From: Aquamicrobium aerolatum DSM 21857
GTDB lineage: Bacteria; Pseudomonadota; Alphaproteobacteria; Rhizobiales; Rhizobiaceae
Assembly (NCBI RefSeq): GCF_900113935.1
Contig: NZ_FORF01000003.1
Location: 91,084 to 115,083, forward strand
Direction: 5' to 3'
DNA length: 24,000 bases
A program made the position numbers and the translations under genes. Below, in pieces: positions 1-10,500 of this stretch (position 1 is the first letter of the stretch; each line of letters opens with the position of its first letter). The notes under the pieces are model-generated. The model ran no database searches and had not been told where the DNA came from. It saw nothing but the letters and a program-made list of their open reading frames with translations.

Positions 1-387
1 TCACGCGCGCACCAGCTTCAGCTGCTTGTCGAAGACGCTGAGAACCCGTGCGAGCTCGTGGCCGCGCTTGAGGATGAGGCCGCCGGCGGCCATGACGCTG
101 TAGGCGCCCTGCTTGCGGGCCAGCGCCGGTGTCTTGATGATCTGGTAGAGCGGAACTTCGCTGGTGCGGCGAAAAACCGAGAAGACGGCGCGGTCTTTGA
201 GATGGTCGATGGCATAGTCGCGCCATTCGGAAGCGCCGACCATCATGCTGTAAACACGAAGGATTTCGTCAAGCTCACGGCGGTGGAAGGTCACCGGGAG
301 GTCATCTTGCTGCCGTCGCGCCTCATGCAGCGCGATCACTATTCCGGAGCCGTCCTTATCCTCCGCATTCGCGTCGTGACTGGTCAT
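1..387 (-). CDS. Small conserved alphaproteobacterial protein, DUF2794-like (128 aa from the internal ATG)
   Basis: ORF 1..456. The ATG at 385-387 gives MTSHDANAEDK..., with AAGG about 9 nt upstream. The core VTFHRRELDEILRVYSMMVGASEWRDYAIDHLKDRAVFSVFRRTSEVPLYQIIK matches my recollection of the DUF2794 family. The family name is from memory, not from a search. Confidence 0.7.
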   Translation of the reverse strand: MTSHDANAEDKDGSGIVIALHEARRQQDDLPVTFHRRELDEILRVYSMMVGASEWRDYAIDHLKDRAVFSVFRRTSEVPLYQIIKTPALARKQGAYSVMAAGGLILKRGHELARVLSVFDKQLKLVRA

Positions 388-734
388 GCCCACGCCTTTC
401 GTGACGGTTGTACGACAAAGCAGCGTCGCCCGTTGCCGCCGGAAAAGCAAGGCCATGCTGCGGTCAGGGCGCGGCGGCGTCTGAGAGGCGGCTGCGCTGC
501 TGGATCACGAAGATGCACCCTATGTGACGATAGGTGATGATCGGCCACATTTGCGCCACAAATTGCCCAATCTGCTGCCCCAATGTGTGGCAACATTCGG
601 TCGTTGCCTGAGACGGTTCGGTCCGGCATGGTCCCTGTAACCCCAAGCCCCCCGCCCACGGGGGCCTGTCGGATCGAACCAACTCTCTTCCATAACCGAG
701 ATGCCTTGGGCGCGACGATCCCGAATTTCAGAAG

Positions 735-766
735 CCGGCGCTGACCATTTCAGGGCCGGTTTTTTT
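735..766 (+). terminator. Rho-independent terminator oriented on the + strand, with no annotated + strand gene upstream
   Basis: CCGGCGCTGA (735-744), loop CCATT, TCAGGGCCGG (750-759): a 10-bp stem with one mismatch, followed directly by TTTTTTT (760-766). Confidence 0.6.
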
Positions 767-784
767 ATGGGCGCGTATGGCGCG

Positions 785-824
785 TCTGTATCCCGAAACT
801 GGTTCCCAATTTCGGGATACATGC
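785..824. repeat. Palindromic intergenic element, family B copy 1
   Basis: Perfect 11-bp inverted repeat GTATCCCGAAA (788-798) / TTTCGGGATAC (810-820) around the loop ctggttcccaa. About 41 bp match 20356-20400 with roughly five mismatches. The copy ends 2 nt before the TAA stop (826-828) of the barrel gene. Confidence 0.75.
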
Positions 825-825
825 T

Positions 826-3800
826 TTAGAACTTCCCCACCACATTGAGGAAGAGCCCTCTGTCGTCCATCGTCAAGTCGCGCAGGTCGTCTGAGAAGCG
901 GCCAAAATTGTAGCCGATGCCGACTTTGAAATTGTCGCCGACATGGCGGTAGACCGCAGCGAGAGCTCCGAAATCTGTCGTCTTGGCCTCCGGCGAGTGC
1001 AGGATACGTCCTTCGAGCAGAAGATCCCATTTGCGCACGATATGCAGGTCTGCGCGGATGATGCCCAGATGCGCTGACGAGCGCTGCCATTCGGTTTCGA
1101 ACGGATAGCCAACCGCGTCTGTGCGATACTTCACCTCGGCGAGGCGAACGCCATATTTTGCGCCGACGGACAACCAGGGGACGAGATCATAGGTGAAATC
1201 GGCTGACAGGATATGGCTGCGCTGCGCGGGGGCATACATCTCGCCCGTGGCGCCGCTGACCCGCTGACCGTTCCCCGGCAGATCATAGAGCCAAGTATAT
1301 TTGAACAGCGCGTTGAGCCGGTCATTGTCAACCGGGCGATAGGCCCAGCCAAGCGATGTCTCGGCGTAGCGGGTGTCCTGGTAGGACGTGACCGACGACT
1401 GCGTGTCGGACCACACAGCATCCACATTGATCATCGCGCGCCAGTTTTCGCTGGTCTTCCAGAGCAGTCCGCCGGCGAACAGATAGGTGTTCTGATCGCG
1501 GGTTCCGTCCTCGGAATCCTCGATGCGTGCCTCACCCCTCATCCGGCTGGCAATGCCGCGTTCGTCGTCCTTGTATGACATCGACAGCGACGGCGCATAG
1601 CGCTCGAAATCGGACCTTTCGAGCCCGCTGACAGGGTCGATGGTGTTGTCCCTGATAAGCCCGCCTTCAAACCCGCCATTGACGGTCCACCGTTCATCGG
1701 GCGTGTAGACCACGCCATAGGTCTGGTTCAGCGAGCGGCGCTGGCCGTAGAGGTCGTAACTGTTTTCGCTGTAGGCGGACAGCTGGTCGTTGATGCGACG
1801 CCTGACACCAGCCACGACGTCGCCGCGATCGGTTCCTGCAAGGTCGAATGTCCGGTTGAGGTCGTAAGCGCGATCCGGATCGAGGCGATAGGCGATATAA
1901 TACTGATCATTGGCATTTGGATCGTAGGTCAGGCCGGCAAGCCCGCCAAGCCCATGCGTGCCGTAGGAAACCTCACCGTTCAGACCGACCGTATCCGTCA
2001 GCTTGAATTCTGTGCCCACGCCAAGCCGGTCGTTTCGGTCAATGTCGTTGGACCGATCGATCGTTGCCTGCCCGAACGCATAATAGAGGTGGTCGTCGTT
2101 TGGCCGGTAGTCGAGCCTGACGCCGCCGTCGAGACGCGCGCCGTTGTAGCCGCTCTTGCCGGCTGCGATTGCGTTCGGCGACAGGATGTCGGTGTAGGTC
2201 AGGCCGTATGACAGGCGCCAGCGCTCATCCAGATCGTGTTCGAGCGATGATGATCCCTGGCGCTTGGTCTGACCGGTGCCATCGCTGAAGTCGTCATAGG
2301 CAAGTCGGGCCCGCATGTTCGGCGCAAGTTCGAGATCTGCATCCATGCCCCAGAGACGCTTATCCGTCGCAGTGGTGCCGTCGAGCGTCGAGAAACCGGC
2401 GTCCTGATGCTCGAAATAGCCTCCGACCGTCCCTTTGGGCGCGTTGGGGTCGATGTCCCTCAGATCGAGCCGGCCCTTGAGCCGCCATGCCAGCGCGGTG
2501 TTTCCGGCACCGCCCGAGACGAGACTGTCGCTCTGGCTCAGGCCGCCATCATAGGAGCGCGACAAGCCGAAACCTGTCCCGCGCGATGCCGCGACCTCGG
2601 CGTCGAGATAGGAGCGCTCGGACATGCGCAGCCGGACATCGACGCCGCCGGCCTTCTGGTCGGCGTCGCCGGATGTTTCCTGCATACCGGTCAAGCCGAC
2701 GCGGACATGTTCGCCCAGCCAGTGCTGACCACGACCGCCGATGCTGTAGCCATCGACGTCGGTTGCGATCGGTTCATATTCATACTGGGCAATCAGGAAG
2801 ACTTGGTTGCCGCCAAGGGCCCCGTCACGCACCGGCCCGATGCTGCCGGACGTGGACGAAAGCGGACGGTTGAGAAGGATCACGCCCTGCAGATAGTCGA
2901 AGCGATAGTCTTCACCTTCCGTCAGATGACGACGCTCGAGCACCCGACCGGTGATGGGATCGCGGATTTCCACGGTCACGGTCTGCGAACCGCTGATCGT
3001 ATTCTGGCGCTTCAGGAAGTAGGACGATCCGCCGGTCGCGCGGAACTCGTCGCGTTGCGGCAGCGTGTCGGGCTGCGCCGCATAGACCGAAACCTCGGTT
3101 CTGCGCTCGCCGAATTCGGTGCTGTCTGGCGATACATAGACGCCCTGCGCGCCGTAGAGCGCGCGTTCGTTGCGCAGGAACTGCGTGCCGGTGACGTTGG
3201 TCTTGAAATTTCCCCACATCGCATGGCTGTCGCCGCGTTCGATGCGAACGTAGAATTTGCCGTTGGTTGGCGCATCCTCGATCATCGTCGAATCGTCGCC
3301 ATAGACCGGATAATAATCGTCAGGATCGAGGTTGCGGAGAATGTGGCGCGGATTGCGCGCGCCAAGGTTCTTGAAGATCCGGTCGAGATCATCCTCCGCC
3401 GTATCGGCGGCGGCGGTCAGCAGATACTCGCCCTTGATCTTGCCCTTCAGATAGAAGGCGAGACGGCCCTTGGTATAGACGGAATCGTATTCGCCCGGAC
3501 GAACCGCCTCGATATCCTTGCTGCCGGTGCGCTTGCCAACCGTCAGGTCGGCAAGACCGACATAGAACCAGTCATTGTCAGGAATATCGATGTCGCGGCT
3601 GAAATGTAGTCCGCCTTCAGTCGTGGTGCCCTGGACCACCACATCGACGCTGTGATCGCCAGGTGCCAGAATGCGCTGGATGACGAAAGCATCGTCCCCG
3701 TCCACCGGCACGGTTTCGCCGAAGGCAGAGACCTGGTGGCCCGCAGGGACGTTCTTGCCGTAGACGGTGACGGCACCGCCATGGACGCGAATATTCCGTA

Positions 3801-4593
3801 TGGCAGTGCGATCCTCACCCATGCCGGGCGCGATGGGATCTGTCGTCAGCTTCGGCGTGTCCTGCACCGCGCTGCGACGCAGCGTCAAAGGCGCGGTTTC
3901 GTCGTAACGACCCTTGCTGTCGTAGACACGCAGGACATACAGAAATTCCCGCTCATCTCGGGTTTGCGGCATCACCCAGTCAGCGGTCGCGTTTGGCTTT
4001 ACCGGCAGGACGGCGACAGGGTGCGGCGTCGCCGACGTGTCGTCCGGCAGATAGATGCGGATCTCGCCGCGCTCGATGAAGTCGGGGTAGTTGGTGGTTG
4101 CCAGGAAGCTGATGGCATCGCCTGGGCCAAAACTGCGCCGCATGTTCGTCGTTGCCACATTGAGAAGCGGCGTTGCACCGAGGCCATCGAACTTGATCTG
4201 GATATCGACGCTGCTGAGGTCGAGATCGGTCCGCCGCTCACGGTCGATCTGGCGCGGTTCGCCAGCGACGATGCGGTCGCCCTTCGCATTGTCCGGCTTG
4301 CTCGTTTCCAGCACCGCGCCATCGACGCTGATCGAGAACGGAATGCTGCCCTGATCCGGGATGCGCTGGCGTTCGGTATTTGCCCCGACGGGTAGATCGT
4401 GGCTGCGGGCGTCATCGTGGATCTTGCCGCGGATCTGTCCCTCGCAGTTCTCGGCGGCACAGTCTGCATCATTGGCCAGAGACGGTTGAGCAAGTAGTGC
4501 GAAACCGATCAGGGCCGTGCCGGCCAGCAGCCGCAAACGCACGGAAGAGAGGTCGGGGCGGATGGAGCGCATTGTTTCTGTTGCCTGTCCCAT
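826..4593 (-). CDS. Large (~1255 aa) outer-membrane beta-barrel-like protein of unrecognised family, translationally coupled to the giant repeat protein
   Basis: ORF 826..4596. The ATG at 4591-4593 shares one base with the TGA of the upstream gene (TGATG); an alternative ATG lies at 4570-4572 (MRSIRP...). The N-terminus is signal-peptide-like (...LLAGTALIGFALLAQPSLA|ND). From about nt 3573 downward (DWFYVGLADLTVGKR...) there is a long run of amphipathic G/Y/D/R-rich beta-hairpin-like segments (RLSYGLTYTD, GVRLDYRPNDDHLYYAFGQA, VGLNGEVSYGTHGLGGLAGLTYD). The protein ends ...DDRGLFLNVVGKF; a terminal Phe is the classical OMP beta-signal. Confidence 0.8.
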   Translation of the reverse strand: MGQATETMRSIRPDLSSVRLRLLAGTALIGFALLAQPSLANDADCAAENCEGQIRGKIHDDARSHDLPVGANTERQRIPDQGSIPFSISVDGAVLETSKPDNAKGDRIVAGEPRQIDRERRTDLDLSSVDIQIKFDGLGATPLLNVATTNMRRSFGPGDAISFLATTNYPDFIERGEIRIYLPDDTSATPHPVAVLPVKPNATADWVMPQTRDEREFLYVLRVYDSKGRYDETAPLTLRRSAVQDTPKLTTDPIAPGMGEDRTAIRNIRVHGGAVTVYGKNVPAGHQVSAFGETVPVDGDDAFVIQRILAPGDHSVDVVVQGTTTEGGLHFSRDIDIPDNDWFYVGLADLTVGKRTGSKDIEAVRPGEYDSVYTKGRLAFYLKGKIKGEYLLTAAADTAEDDLDRIFKNLGARNPRHILRNLDPDDYYPVYGDDSTMIEDAPTNGKFYVRIERGDSHAMWGNFKTNVTGTQFLRNERALYGAQGVYVSPDSTEFGERRTEVSVYAAQPDTLPQRDEFRATGGSSYFLKRQNTISGSQTVTVEIRDPITGRVLERRHLTEGEDYRFDYLQGVILLNRPLSSTSGSIGPVRDGALGGNQVFLIAQYEYEPIATDVDGYSIGGRGQHWLGEHVRVGLTGMQETSGDADQKAGGVDVRLRMSERSYLDAEVAASRGTGFGLSRSYDGGLSQSDSLVSGGAGNTALAWRLKGRLDLRDIDPNAPKGTVGGYFEHQDAGFSTLDGTTATDKRLWGMDADLELAPNMRARLAYDDFSDGTGQTKRQGSSSLEHDLDERWRLSYGLTYTDILSPNAIAAGKSGYNGARLDGGVRLDYRPNDDHLYYAFGQATIDRSNDIDRNDRLGVGTEFKLTDTVGLNGEVSYGTHGLGGLAGLTYDPNANDQYYIAYRLDPDRAYDLNRTFDLAGTDRGDVVAGVRRRINDQLSAYSENSYDLYGQRRSLNQTYGVVYTPDERWTVNGGFEGGLIRDNTIDPVSGLERSDFERYAPSLSMSYKDDERGIASRMRGEARIEDSEDGTRDQNTYLFAGGLLWKTSENWRAMINVDAVWSDTQSSVTSYQDTRYAETSLGWAYRPVDNDRLNALFKYTWLYDLPGNGQRVSGATGEMYAPAQRSHILSADFTYDLVPWLSVGAKYGVRLAEVKYRTDAVGYPFETEWQRSSAHLGIIRADLHIVRKWDLLLEGRILHSPEAKTTDFGALAAVYRHVGDNFKVGIGYNFGRFSDDLRDLTMDDRGLFLNVVGKF

Positions 4594-7500
4594 CAATTTC
4601 CAGCCTTCACAGTCGTCTCGATCTCAAGCGGATAGGCCTCGCCTTTGCGCTTCCAGAGATCGGCAATTTGATTGCGCAGCGCCTTGACGCGCTTCTTCGC
4701 CAGTTCCTGCTCCGCAGCCGGCGCCACGAAACTGAGCCGAAGAACCGAAGGCTCCTGTTTCAGCACGTCGATGAGCTGATCCAGATTGTCCTGCCATTGC
4801 TTCTGCAACTCGGTGCTTTGCGGCTTGAACGCCTCACCCTGCAGGTCGAGACGAACCACACGGCTGATGGACGCACCGAAATTGATCTTCGTCATCTTGC
4901 CGGCGGTGAGGCGCACAACGCGCGGGTTCTCCGTGGTCAACCGGTAGCCGGTCGGCAAGGTGCGCTCGTCCAGCTTCATGATGAAGTTCGAACCGATCCG
5001 CTGATCCGGAAGCGCTGCGCACGGAACATGGAAGCGGCCGTGCTTGTCGGTCGTGATCAGCCAGCCCTTGACCGTCGCCACCCGGACGCCCGGCAGTCCC
5101 GGCTCACCCTGATTTTGATAACCGTCAAAGTTGCGATCGTCGAAGACGGTGCCGATGACCTCGCCGCAGTCGAAGATCGGCTCCGCGACGATCTCGACAG
5201 CCGCCTTTGCATCCGGGGCAAGCCGAGTTCCGGCCCGATCGAAGATCGAGGCGACGTTGACATGCGTGCCGGGGCCAGCCGAACTGAGAACCAGAAGATC
5301 AAGCCGGATGTCCACGACGCTGTTCGGCCCGAGCGACAAATTGGTGAAATTCACCTGGCGACCGGAGACGTCCGGTACAAAAGGAGCCCCGTCCAGCGTT
5401 GCCGAGCCTTCGATGAACCGGAAACCGGAAGGCATCGTGTCCAGAATATTGACCGGACCGGCATTGCTCGAGGAGGTGTTTTCCACCTTGATCACATAGG
5501 GAACACGCTCGCCACGTCTGACCTGATGAAGCAGCGCCTGCTTGGTGATGCGCACATCACTCGGCTCCGTGGCCGGCAGGGTCACGACAGCATCGACCGG
5601 CGCGGTTTCATAGGGCCGCAGGTTGCGCAGATTGCCCACCGCAACCGCCGTGTTGACGACCGCGTCCATGATACCCGACGCAGCATCGATATCATCCTGC
5701 GACAGGATATAGGTCGCCGTGAACCTCTGGCTTTCGTTGGGTGCCAGGGTGACCGGCGCCGGCGAAAAGGCCGACAGCGTGTTGGTTGCGGGCTGCCCCC
5801 GGAAAACCGGGCCGTCGTCCTTGGGAGTGACGTTGTAGAGCGTCGCGTTGCCGTTATTGGTGATGTCGAACGTATAGGCGATGGTCTCACCGGGTTCCGG
5901 GTAGCCATTGCCGTTCGTATCGTTCCAGGTTCCCTTCTTGACGATCGTCAGTTCCGGCGCCGGCGGAATGACCGGCACGATCAGTGGAAGATCGTCGTCG
6001 AACGTCGGCCCGGACTTGTCCTCGATATCTTTCGGACCACTGCCATCATCATAGCGTGCCGCGACAATGGCCTGATTCTCGACCTGCTCATTGTCGATGT
6101 CATCTTCGGTAATGGCATAGACCGCCTGGAAGACCTGTTGCTGACCGGGCACCAATACGCTGATTTCCGGGAACACGTTGGGCGACAGGCCTGGAAGTGG
6201 GTCGTTGAGCCTGACATTTGTCAGCACCAGATTGCCGGTGTTCTTCACCGTGAAGGTATAGGCGATCAACTGCCCCACCTCGGCCGGCTCGCTCAGCGTC
6301 GTGTTCGCGACGTCCTGCTCCTTGATCACAGCGATCGAAGGCAACTGGTCGAGCGGCACCGTGATCCGATCCGATATATTGGGGACGTTTTCGGGCGTTC
6401 CGGTCGACGGGTTGGTATAGATGCCATTCACCGACGCCTGGTTGATGACCTCACCGGCGACGATGTCGCTCTGCGTGATCGTATAGGTGCCGTCCAGCGT
6501 CACCGCATTGTTCACGCCTGGAAGCAGGAGCGGTATTGTGGTTTGCGGAAGCACGATGCCGGCCAGCGTATCGGTAAGCACGACATCGGTGAGCGTGACA
6601 TTGCCGATATTGGTGATGACAAAGCTGTAGCTGATTTCATCACCGGCCTGCGGTGGCGTTTGCAGCGCGCTGTCATCGGCCGTTTTGACGATACGGATGC
6701 CCTTGTCGAGATCAATCGGGAATGGCGTCGGCGTATCGTTTGTGGTGTCCGTACCGGAGACATCCCTGACATCATCCACGGTGCCGCCAACGCTGGAGCC
6801 GATCACCTGCGCCGTATTGGCGAATTCGCCGTTGTCGATGTCCGACTGCTTCAGCGCATAGGTCGCGATGAACGCGGTCGAATTCCGTTCCGTCGGTCCC
6901 AGCGGGCCGGTCCAGCCGGTGACGTTGGTGACCTGTACGTCGGCGACAAGGTCCTCGATCCGGATGTTTTCCAGCGTGATGTTGCCGGTATTCTCGATCG
7001 TGAAGGCGTAGGTGATGACATCACCGGCCTGAACGGGGCTATCGGGCTGGGTTGCGATCGACTTGACCAGCGTGATCGCGGGTGCCCGCACCAGCGTATT
7101 TACGGTCGGGTTGTCGGTGGTGAAATCGGACCCGCTGGCATCTTCAACCGGGGTGTTTGGCCCGCTAACCGGCGTACCGGTGGTCCGCGCCATATTGCTG
7201 ATGCTGCCATGATCGACATCGGCCTGGGTCAGAACGTAAGTTCCGCGAACCACAAACTCTTCCAGAGGCTGGAGGGTTGCGGCAGACAGCGCCGCCATGT
7301 CGGTGGCATTCAGAGCAACGATAATCTCATCGTCACTCACGTTCAGTTCGTCAACCAGCGTGAGATTGTTCAGCGCAATGTTGCCGGTATTGCGGATGGT
7401 GAACGTGTAGGAAATGACATCGCCCTGCACTGGCGGCGTCGACAGCGCATCCAAGCTCGCAATCTTCTTCAACGCGATCGACGGCACCGACTTCAACGGC

Positions 7501-10500
7501 ACTGTCACCTGATCTGACGGCACCGGGGGTTGCGGTCCGGTTGGATCGCTGAAGCTGGCGGTCGCAATGTTGAGCACTTGGCCAGCGTTGATCCAGCTCT
7601 GCAGGATCGGGGCCGAGACAGTGAACTCAACGTTTGCGCCGGGCAGCAATGACGCAACCACAGCCGGTGAGACGGTCGCTCCATCCAGCGGATCGGCGAC
7701 GCTCACATTGCTCAACGTGACATTGCCCGTATTCGTAGCAGTGACCTTCCAGCGAAGAATGTCGCCCGCGCGCGGATTGACCGGCTCGGACCCGATCAGC
7801 TCCTTGACGAGGGACAGGCCGGGCTGTCTGAAGGTTTCGACATCACGGTCGGACGGATCGCTGGAAATCGGCGTGTTGGTGGGCCCGTAGCTACCCGAGG
7901 CCGTCGCGGTGTTCTCGATCAGGCCTGTGTCGATATCGGCTTGTGTCACCGCATAGGTGGCATAGATGACGACGACCTCATCAGGCGCCATGTCGCCGAT
8001 GACGAAGGAGCTTTCCGGGGTAATGCCCGACAGAAGATCAGCAACCGTGACATTCTTCAGGTTGGTGTTGCCGGTATTGGTGACGGTGAAGCTGTAGCGG
8101 ACGATATCGCCAACCGCCGTCCGTGGATTCTGGATGTTGTTGGCGGCGATATCCTTGACCAGCTCGATCCCTGGATTGCTCAGGCTTGGAACGGTTGCCG
8201 TCGCATCCTTGGTGACGGTCAGTGGCGTTCCGCCAGAGGTGCCCCATTGCCCGACGACCGTGGCCTTGTTGTCGACCTTGCCGCGATCCAGATCATCCTG
8301 CGTCAGCAGATAATAGGCTGAGATCTCGCCATTATAGGTCTCGCCCGGTTCCAGTCGCGCGATGTTTGTCGGGCTCAGAGCCTGAAGGCCCGGCAAGGTG
8401 TCGGACAGCACGATGTCCACCAACGGTATGTTGCCGGAGTTCCTGATTGTGAAGCTGTAGTTGATCCTGTCGTTCAGTGCGGCAGCGCCGAGCGTGCGCA
8501 CAGGCGTGGCAGCCTTGGTCAGTTCGATCGCAGGCGCCGGCGTCACCGTCACCGTCGTCGGCGTGTTGGATTTGGGATTGTCCTGGCCGGTCGCCGTGTT
8601 GTGAGATGCGTCGCTGGCCGGTTTGCCTGAATAGGTGCCGGTCGCGGTCACTTCAGCCTGATTGACGTGGGTGGTGGAGGTGCCAACCCACGGCACCTGC
8701 GGCTGGACCTGAACTGTAAAGGTCATCTCGGCGGTCTGACCGACGGCAAGCGTACCGCCAGTCACGATTTGCGGTGTACCGCTGCCGTCGAAGCCGGCAT
8801 TCAAGCCAATGCCGGACGCGGTCACGCTCAGTACCTTGTATTGGCCCGGCGAAAGCGTTGCGTTTGCAGCAACCGCCGTTCCAAACAGCTGTGCCGCGTC
8901 GTCCATCACGTCGGTGAGGTCGACGTCTTCAAGCGGCTCCTCGGAATGGTTCCGGACCTTGATCGTGTAGGCAAGCCGGTAGCTGCCATCGGCCTGAAAC
9001 TGCGCGGCGCCAACCGTCTTGCCAAGACCGATCTGCGGCAGCGGCACGAGGGTGAAGTCATTGTTGACGTGGTCATACTCACCCGTCGTGACAATGTTTG
9101 TGATGACCGATTTGCCGGTGTTGGTGGCGGTTCCTTCGCCGGCCGGATTGCTTCCCGGAAACGCTCCGCCATCGCCAGCAGCCGAGGAATAGTCGGCCAG
9201 ATTAGAAACGGTGTAGCTCACCTGATAGGAGCCGGGCGGCAGATCCTGGAATATATAGGTTCCGTCAGATTTCGTCGGGATCGTCAGACTGATGTCAGTG
9301 CCGTCGTGCGTCGCCTTGCCGGTGATGGTGACCTGCGCGCCGGCAATCCCGCTATCCGTCTGGTTCAGCGTGCCGTCATTGTTGAAATCCTTGTAGATCT
9401 TTCCAGAAACGGAGCTTCCGCGAACAGTGCTGACACTGCCGGTGGAGGTGTTGTTTCCAGGAACCTTGTCGAAGGATTCCGTATCGACCGTGGCCGTGTT
9501 GGACGCGGCCTGCGCACCAAGATCGGTGATCTTGGTGTAAAGCCTCACGGTGATTGTGCCGCCAGCCGGAATATCACCGAACGTGCAATCGATCTGACGA
9601 CCGGTCACCACGCCGGTGCACAGGCCTGCCCCGGCCGGGATGATCTCCGGCAGCCGTGTGAGTTCCATGCCCGCCGGCAACGTATCCGAAAGCGTGACCT
9701 CTTCAGCGATATCAAGCCCTGGGCCGGGGATGTTGGTGATGACGAGATCCCAGTAGAACTCCTTGCGAAGATCGACCGCGGCCACAGACGGTGTCTTGAC
9801 GACACTGATGTCGGCGCGTGTGCGCACCGTGGTCGTCTCCCGCGAGACGTTGTTTGCCGATGGCCCTTCGTAGCCTGCCGCGGTTTCGTCGGACGACACT
9901 GAGACGGTGTTCTCCCAGCGGCCATGCTTGAACGACGTCATCTGCAGCTTGAATGAAACCGTTTCGCCAGCTTCCAGCCTTTCCTGGGTACAGTGGATCT
10001 GCCCCCCCGGTGCTGTGGTGCTGGTGCCGCTCAACGTGCATGTCAGTCCGGCCGGCACATCGACAAGTCGCGGATCGGTGAAGCCGTCAGACGGAAGCTG
10101 ATCTTCGATGACGATACCGAATGCGTCGGATGGGCCGGCATTTTCCAGCGAGATCGTGTAGGTGACCGGCGTCGTGATTTCGACTGGATCATAGGGATCG
10201 TCCGTCTTGTCGATAATCAGATCGAGGCTCGGCGGCAGGATAGTGATGCCAAGCTGGGTAGAGTTGTTGCCGGTATCAGTCTCATCCGTGTCGGTCGCAA
10301 CCGACGCTTCGTTGATTATTGCGGCACCAACCAAGTCCGTTGTTGGGACGACAACGATGTCGAGCGTCTTTTGTGAGCCGTTGTTGATGGTTCCGAAGGC
10401 ACAGGTGATTTCCCTGTTTGTCGTACCAATCAGAGTGCCTCGCGCAGGAACATTCGTGCAGGTCGCCCCCTCGGCTTCTGCGCTGACGAAGATGACCCCT

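Noticed and set aside
668-683. tRNA-like T-arm on the minus strand (GTTGG-TTCGATC-CGAC), suggesting a tRNA gene, a tRNA 3' fragment (island att site) or a permuted tmRNA.
   Set aside because: No matching acceptor 5' strand, D-arm or anticodon arm can be folded upstream, and there is no CCA. The putative acceptor strand AGGCCCC lacks the G3:U70 alanine identity element. No alpha-proteobacterial tag ORF (ANDN...AA) is found on either strand, and no second copy exists at the other end of the accessory region.
4380-7517. Very long antisense ORFs. These are 1045 aa at 4380-7517 (+), and also 2407-3609, 8667-9902, 10536-11591, 15801-16847 and 21748-22539 on the + strand and 18368-19318 on the - strand.
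   Set aside because: All lie opposite confidently identified genes. They have R/G/D/A-rich low-complexity composition typical of the antisense frame of high-GC coding DNA, no recognisable motifs, and no SD or promoter context.
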